64,000 bases of DNA. Source: Weeksellaceae bacterium. Lineage in GTDB: Bacteria; Bacteroidota; Bacteroidia; Flavobacteriales; Weeksellaceae. Made by a program: the position numbers and the translations under genes. Where the stretch lies: contig JBLWWH010000004.1 in NCBI GenBank assembly GCA_048268105.1, positions 89,209-153,208 of the forward strand, written 5' to 3'. The notes below the pieces were generated by a model, which did no database searches, had not been told where the DNA came from, and was given only the letters and a program-made list of their open reading frames with translations. The first letter of the stretch is position 1. Each line of letters starts with the position of its first letter. Of the stretch, positions 59,335 through 64,000 are shown piece after piece.

Positions 59335-60810
59335 ATGGCAAAATTAACTTCAAGAGAAGAAGATTATAGCAAATGGTACAACGAGTTGGTCGTTAAGGCA
59401 GACTTGGCCGAAAACTCGGCGGTTAGAGGTTGTATGGTCATTAAACCCTATGGTTATGCCATTTGGGAAAAAATGCAAGCACAATTAGATAAAATGTTCA
59501 AAGAAACTGGACATCAAAATGCATATTTTCCGTTATTCGTCCCCAAACATATGTTCGAGGCCGAAGAAACCAATGCCGAAGGTTTTGCTAAGGAATGTGC
59601 AGTTGTAACTCACTACAGACTTAAATCTAATCCAGACCAGCCAGGAAAGTTGATGGTTGATCCAGACGCGAAATTAGAAGAAGAATTAATCGTAAGACCC
59701 ACTTCAGAAGCAATTATTTGGAGTACTTATAGAAATTGGATTCAATCCTATAGAGATTTGCCTATCATGATTAACCAATGGGCCAATGTGGTACGTTGGG
59801 AAATGAGAACACGCTTGTTTCTAAGAACCACAGAGTTTTTATGGCAAGAAGGACATACCGCGCATGCAACTAAGCAAGAAGCAATCGACGAAACTGTTCA
59901 AATGGTAAATGTTTATGCCGATTTTGCTGAATCCTATATGAAACTGCCAGTCGTAAAAGGGGTTAAATCTGAATCTGAAAGGTTTGCTGGCGCAGAGGAT
60001 ACTTATTGTATCGAAGCTTTAATGCAAGATGGAAAAGCTCTGCAAGCTGGAACTTCTCACTTTTTGGGGCAGAATTTTGCTAAAGCATTTGACGTTAAAT
60101 ATGCCACTAGCGAGGGAACGCAAGAATATGTTTGGGCGACTTCTTGGGGTGTTTCTACAAGATTAATGGGAGCTTTAATCATGACGCATTCAGATGACAA
60201 AGGTTTGGTGTTACCATCTACTTTGGCGCCGATTCAAGTGGTTATTGTTCCTATATACTTTAATGATGAGCAAAAAGCATTGGTAGATGAAAAATCTGAA
60301 GCTATTATTAAGTCGCTTAAAGAAAAGGGAATTAGTGTAAAATACGACAATGATGATAAGCAAAAACCAGGTTGGAAATTCGCTGAATATGAATTAAAAG
60401 GTGTTCCGATTAGGATTGGAGTAGGTCCTAGAGACTTGGAAAAAGGTCAGGTTGAGGTAGCTAGAAGAGATAATCTCACCAAAGAATTTGTTAGTTTAGA
60501 TGGATTAGAAGATGTAATCCCGGCTTTATTGAACTCAATTGATGAAAATATTTATCATAAGGCGAAGATCTATAGAGACGCTCATATCACAGAGGTGAAT
60601 GATTGGGATGAATTCCAAAAAGTGCTAGAAGATAAAGGAGGTTTCTTATCCGCTCATTGGGATGGAACTATTGAAACTGAAGCCAAAATTCAAGAATTGA
60701 CAAAAGCTACCATACGTTGTATTCCTTTAGATGCTAAACAAGAAAAAGGTACATGTGTTTACTCAGGAAAACCGAGTACGCAAAGAGTTTTATTTGCCAA
60801 AGCTTATTAA
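59335..60810 (+). CDS. proS: Prolyl-tRNA synthetase, archaeal/eukaryotic-type (class IIa, no editing insertion)
   Basis: It is 491 aa. Motif-2/3 class II signatures are present. The N-terminus [32 protein letters not shown] and the C-terminal Zn-binding-like domain ending ...FAKAY are present. Confidence 0.92.
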   Translation: MAKLTSREEDYSKWYNELVVKADLAENSAVRGCMVIKPYGYAIWEKMQAQLDKMFKETGHQNAYFPLFVPKHMFEAEETNAEGFAKECAVVTHYRLKSNPDQPGKLMVDPDAKLEEELIVRPTSEAIIWSTYRNWIQSYRDLPIMINQWANVVRWEMRTRLFLRTTEFLWQEGHTAHATKQEAIDETVQMVNVYADFAESYMKLPVVKGVKSESERFAGAEDTYCIEALMQDGKALQAGTSHFLGQNFAKAFDVKYATSEGTQEYVWATSWGVSTRLMGALIMTHSDDKGLVLPSTLAPIQVVIVPIYFNDEQKALVDEKSEAIIKSLKEKGISVKYDNDDKQKPGWKFAEYELKGVPIRIGVGPRDLEKGQVEVARRDNLTKEFVSLDGLEDVIPALLNSIDENIYHKAKIYRDAHITEVNDWDEFQKVLEDKGGFLSAHWDGTIETEAKIQELTKATIRCIPLDAKQEKGTCVYSGKPSTQRVLFAKAY

Positions 60811-60823
60811 GTAAATTTTTTTA

Positions 60824-60856
60824 GTAAGAAACGAAGAGTCCGCTATAATAGCGGAC
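60824..60856. terminator. Bidirectional terminator (perfect 13-bp stem AAGAGTCCGCTAT/ATAGCGGACTCTT)
   Basis: It lies between convergent proS (+) and the 60886-61266 gene (-). Confidence 0.65.
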
Positions 60857-60885
60857 TCTTTTATTTAAATTGAAAACAAAAATAA

Positions 60886-61266
60886 TTATCTTTTTACTCC
60901 TTCAGGACTCTTATTTCTATGTCGATGCATGTCGCGTTTATTTCTATTTTTCTTCATGCTCTTCACTTTTTCTTTCTGTTCTGCTGTCAAAATTTGATCA
61001 ATTTCTTCTCTTTTTTTGGCTCTAAGTTCTTTATGTTGATCTCTTAAGGTTTTAGCTTTAGCTTTTAAAGCGTCTTCTTGAGATTGGTATTTGGCATCAA
61101 TCGCCTTTATTTTAGATACTTGTTGGTCTGATAAACCTAACTTTTCTTTCATTTTTTCAAGCATCTCGCCTTTTTCTTTTTTGTGATCTCCATCTCGATG
61201 CTGTGCATTCATTATTCCACCTAGTGTAAATAATACAAGCAGTAATAGTATTAAGGACTTGTTCAT
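60886..61266 (-). CDS. Periplasmic Spy/CpxP-family (LTXXQ-motif) protein, candidate envelope-stress chaperone
   Basis: The signal peptide MNKSLILLLLVLFTLGGIMNAQ places the start at 61266 rather than the ORF-track 61305. Two LTXXQ-like motifs (LSDQQ, LTAEQ) occur in a K/E-rich helical protein. Confidence 0.45.
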   Translation of the reverse strand: MNKSLILLLLVLFTLGGIMNAQHRDGDHKKEKGEMLEKMKEKLGLSDQQVSKIKAIDAKYQSQEDALKAKAKTLRDQHKELRAKKREEIDQILTAEQKEKVKSMKKNRNKRDMHRHRNKSPEGVKR

Positions 61267-61456
61267 TTTATTGTTTTTTAGTGATTCGTGTATTGGACAG
61301 TTCAAAATTGGAAAGGTTTAATGTTAAAGTTGAAATTTAAATAGAGGCTTTGTTAAAAAAGTAGCCTAATTAACATTAACCACACAATAAAAGCACAAAT
61401 ATTTTATTTAATTAAGGCAAGATGTTTATATTTGTTAACTACACTAAAAGTATATA

Positions 61457-61912
61457 ATGAAACGATTTTTACTCGCAACCCTTTTCATTGTTACAGGAAT
61501 GCTTAGCGCACAGCAAACGCACGTGCATTTTCCTGACAATGTAGAAGCTCCTTTAAATTCAAATGAAAAAATTAAATTTGAACAAGTTTATGGTTCTAAC
61601 GCAACCTATGTCAAAGAAAGACCGTCTTTGCTAAGAAACCTCAAGGACTTAGTTAGAAATCGAATTGAAGTAGAGCTAATTCCTTATGAAAAGGCTCAAG
61701 GTTCTAATGTTTTAAGAAATGCTAAAGACTTGACTACGGTAGACTTGTATAATGTGTATAATCCAAATCTTACGCATGATATGCAATATTCACCGCAGTC
61801 TTTTAACATTTTAAAATATGCGATAAACTTTTATCCAGAGAAAAAAGAGACATATAAATTGGGAAATCATTACATAACGATTTTACCTCAAGCTAAAAAA
61901 GAGCGAAAATAA
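61457..61912 (+). CDS. Secreted hypothetical protein
   Basis: The signal peptide is MKRFLLATLFIVTGMLSAQQ. No recognisable family. Confidence 0.35.
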   Translation: MKRFLLATLFIVTGMLSAQQTHVHFPDNVEAPLNSNEKIKFEQVYGSNATYVKERPSLLRNLKDLVRNRIEVELIPYEKAQGSNVLRNAKDLTTVDLYNVYNPNLTHDMQYSPQSFNILKYAINFYPEKKETYKLGNHYITILPQAKKERK

Positions 61913-61920
61913 ATATTATA

Positions 61921-64000
61921 ATGAAACGACTTTTACTTTTACCCTTCATCATATTATTTACCTTCATAAACGCCCAAGAATATTGGATGGAAAATGGAAG
62001 TGTTACAACCTGTTCAGGGGCTTTCTATGATTCAGGTGGTCCGGCTAACCCGTTCCAGAATAATGAAAACTTAGTGTTTACCATTTGTCCTGATAGAACT
62101 ACCGAGCCAAATAATGCAACGATTCTTACATTCGATGATATTTTGGCCATGACCCGTTCGGGAGCAGATTATATGAATATTTACGATGGAGATGATACGA
62201 CAGCACCTCTCATTGGAACCTACATCGGTGGTATGCGCCCAGGAGAGGAAAATGGAATCCATGCTTCGGATTTATCTATTAACCCAAGTGGATGTTTAAC
62301 CATTGAATTTATTTCGGATGCAGTTGGTCCTGGTCCAGGATGGTCAGCGCAAATTAGTTGTGGTGTACCATGTCAAGCTATTACGCCTAACGTAACAACC
62401 ATACCAGAAATGGACGAGAGTGGTGGTGTAACTGTATTGGAAGGAGAAACGGTGACCTTTGCAGGAAGCGCAGAGTTCTCACAAGATGCTACAGGAGCTA
62501 CATATGCTTGGGATTTTGGAGATGGTACAACAGCTACAGGTACTGATGCAACGCATTCTTATACAGATGCAGGTACTTACACAGTTACATTTACTGTTAC
62601 CGATGGATCCGGAGATCCAGATTGTACGAAATCGTATACATTTTTAGTTAGAGTTATCTTTGACAGCAACGTTCCTTGTCCTTCTGTAACTGGCGTGGAT
62701 TTTATCGAAAATTCGAGTGATGTAATCGTTAATTGTAACTATCCTCTAGAAGATGGTGGTAGAATGAGATTACGTGCGGATTATGCGCCCATGAAAGAAA
62801 CAACTTCCTATATCGTGCAGTCAATTCCTTTTCAACCACCCTATCCAATAAATGAGGGTGCGGGAATTAGTATCGAAACAGATGATTCATGGGCTCCTGC
62901 TACGAATTTCCCTGCGGCATCGGGGGATATACCAGCTTTCAGTTTTTGTTTTTTTGGCACTGTCCAATCTCAAGTACAGGTTGGCGATAATGGTAGACTT
63001 AATTTTGATGGAGATCGCTGTTATACTTTTGGCTGTGATCAATACGGTTTTAGATCAACATTACCAATTACGCCAGCTAGTGCAAATCAGCATATGTTAA
63101 ATACGATTAATGGTGCATATCATGATCTTTATTATCCAGCGGATAATACAGGTAATTCCCAGTTTTCATATGGTTTTCAAGGGGAATATCCTTGTAGAAT
63201 GTTTGTTGTGAATTATTACGATATTCCAATGTATAGTTGTACGAGTTCAAGGACTACCCAGCAGATTGTTTTGTGGGAAGGATCTAACTATATAGATGTC
63301 TATATTCAGAACAAAGATATTTGTTCTTTTAATGAAGGAGTTGGATTGGTAGGGATTCAAGGGCCGAATTATGGTCAATATGCCGTTGCACCTGGAAGAA
63401 ACACAAGCAGCTGGTCAGCTCAAAACGAGGCTTGGCGATTTATTCCAGATGGTGATGAAATGGCAGTTTCGATTGAATGGTTTGATGAAAATGATGTTTT
63501 AGTAGGACAAACTAGAAACTTAGATATTTATCCAACTGAAGATACATTCTATACAGTTGTTGTAACTTATGAAATTTGTGGTCAAGATCCAGTAGTTGTA
63601 TCAGATAGAATTGATATTACTTTTGATTATGACTCTCCAGAAGTTGAGGATATTGTTGTTGAAGTATGTGATGTAGATGGATCGGGTGAAACCATTTGGA
63701 ACTTACCATCTTACACTAACTTAGTGACAAACGGACAGCCAGATTGGGTGATTCAAGGATATTATACCAACCGAAGAGCTGCGGATATGGGAGTAGAAGC
63801 TGCTTTGATTGAGAGCCCAGAGACGTATACTTCAGGCTCAAGAACAATATATGTTAGAGTAGAAGACGAGGCCAATGGTTGTCACTCTGTGTTTGATTTA
63901 ACATTAGATTTCTTGGCAGATTTAGAGCCAGAAGACTTGGTTGAAACACAATGTATAGCTCCAGATGCTACAGAGGTAGTTTATAATTTAAACACCTTTA
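61921..64000 (+). CDS. Very large secreted cell-surface protein, SprB-repeat/PKD-containing adhesin-like (3'-truncated by window edge)
   Basis: The frame is open from the ATG at 61921 to the window end. It is absent from the ORF track because no stop is reached. The signal peptide is MKRLLLLPFIILFTFINAQ. A PKD-like WDFGDGTTATG is present. SprB-type repeat signatures ...EDEANGC... are present. Confidence 0.5.
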   Translation, partial: MKRLLLLPFIILFTFINAQEYWMENGSVTTCSGAFYDSGGPANPFQNNENLVFTICPDRTTEPNNATILTFDDILAMTRSGADYMNIYDGDDTTAPLIGTYIGGMRPGEENGIHASDLSINPSGCLTIEFISDAVGPGPGWSAQISCGVPCQAITPNVTTIPEMDESGGVTVLEGETVTFAGSAEFSQDATGATYAWDFGDGTTATGTDATHSYTDAGTYTVTFTVTDGSGDPDCTKSYTFLVRVIFDSNVPCPSVTGVDFIENSSDVIVNCNYPLEDGGRMRLRADYAPMKETTSYIVQSIPFQPPYPINEGAGISIETDDSWAPATNFPAASGDIPAFSFCFFGTVQSQVQVGDNGRLNFDGDRCYTFGCDQYGFRSTLPITPASANQHMLNTINGAYHDLYYPADNTGNSQFSYGFQGEYPCRMFVVNYYDIPMYSCTSSRTTQQIVLWEGSNYIDVYIQNKDICSFNEGVGLVGIQGPNYGQYAVAPGRNTSSWSAQNEAWRFIPDGDEMAVSIEWFDENDVLVGQTRNLDIYPTEDTFYTVVVTYEICGQDPVVVSDRIDITFDYDSPEVEDIVVEVCDVDGSGETIWNLPSYTNLVTNGQPDWVIQGYYTNRRAADMGVEAALIESPETYTSGSRTIYVRVEDEANGCHSVFDLTLDFLADLEPEDLVETQCIAPDATEVVYNLNTF

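Overview
The window looks like a chromosomal segment of an AT-rich Bacteroidota (Flavobacteriia-like) genome. Evidence for this includes many Sec-signal proteins ending in T9SS-type C-terminal sorting domains, a mevalonate-pathway enzyme, and an archaeal-type ProRS. Most of the window is housekeeping: purL (5'-partial), purC, polA, metG, tRNA-Arg(ACG), coaX, tyrS, ppc, hemB, mvaD and proS, with frequent A-run/GC-stem/T-run bidirectional terminators. Accessory content is as follows:

- A TonB-dependent receptor and an orphan siderophore/B12-type periplasmic binding protein.
- A CzcA heavy-metal RND pump fused in-frame to a TolC-like outer-membrane factor, followed by a CzcB adaptor and preceded by a His-rich small protein.
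- An XRE/S24-like regulator with a perfect 16-bp palindrome in its promoter.
- A tightly packed cluster (29.1-38.4 kb): a YbjN-like small protein, PspA/IM30 (ESCRT-III superfamily), an NfeD/YqiJ-like membrane protein with a (D-x)n acidic repeat, a long flotillin and a PLDc_N small membrane protein. These are followed by a 1616-aa giant protein carrying a MoxR/McrB-like AAA_5 ATPase core. I consider this the most likely candidate for an undescribed membrane-remodelling or envelope-stress/defence system.
- A 2020-aa thioester (CSEQ) alpha-2-macroglobulin.
- A Tyr/Gly-rich low-complexity lipoprotein in an operon with a FadL-like outer-membrane barrel.
- A Spy/CpxP-like LTXXQ protein.
- Several T9SS cargo paralogues. 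One of these has an 8-nt homopolymer that frameshifts its signal peptide.
- The start of a giant SprB-like adhesin.

No CRISPR array, transposase or integrase was seen. Structured intergenic elements of unknown function lie at ~46.2-46.4 kb and ~5.0-5.4 kb.
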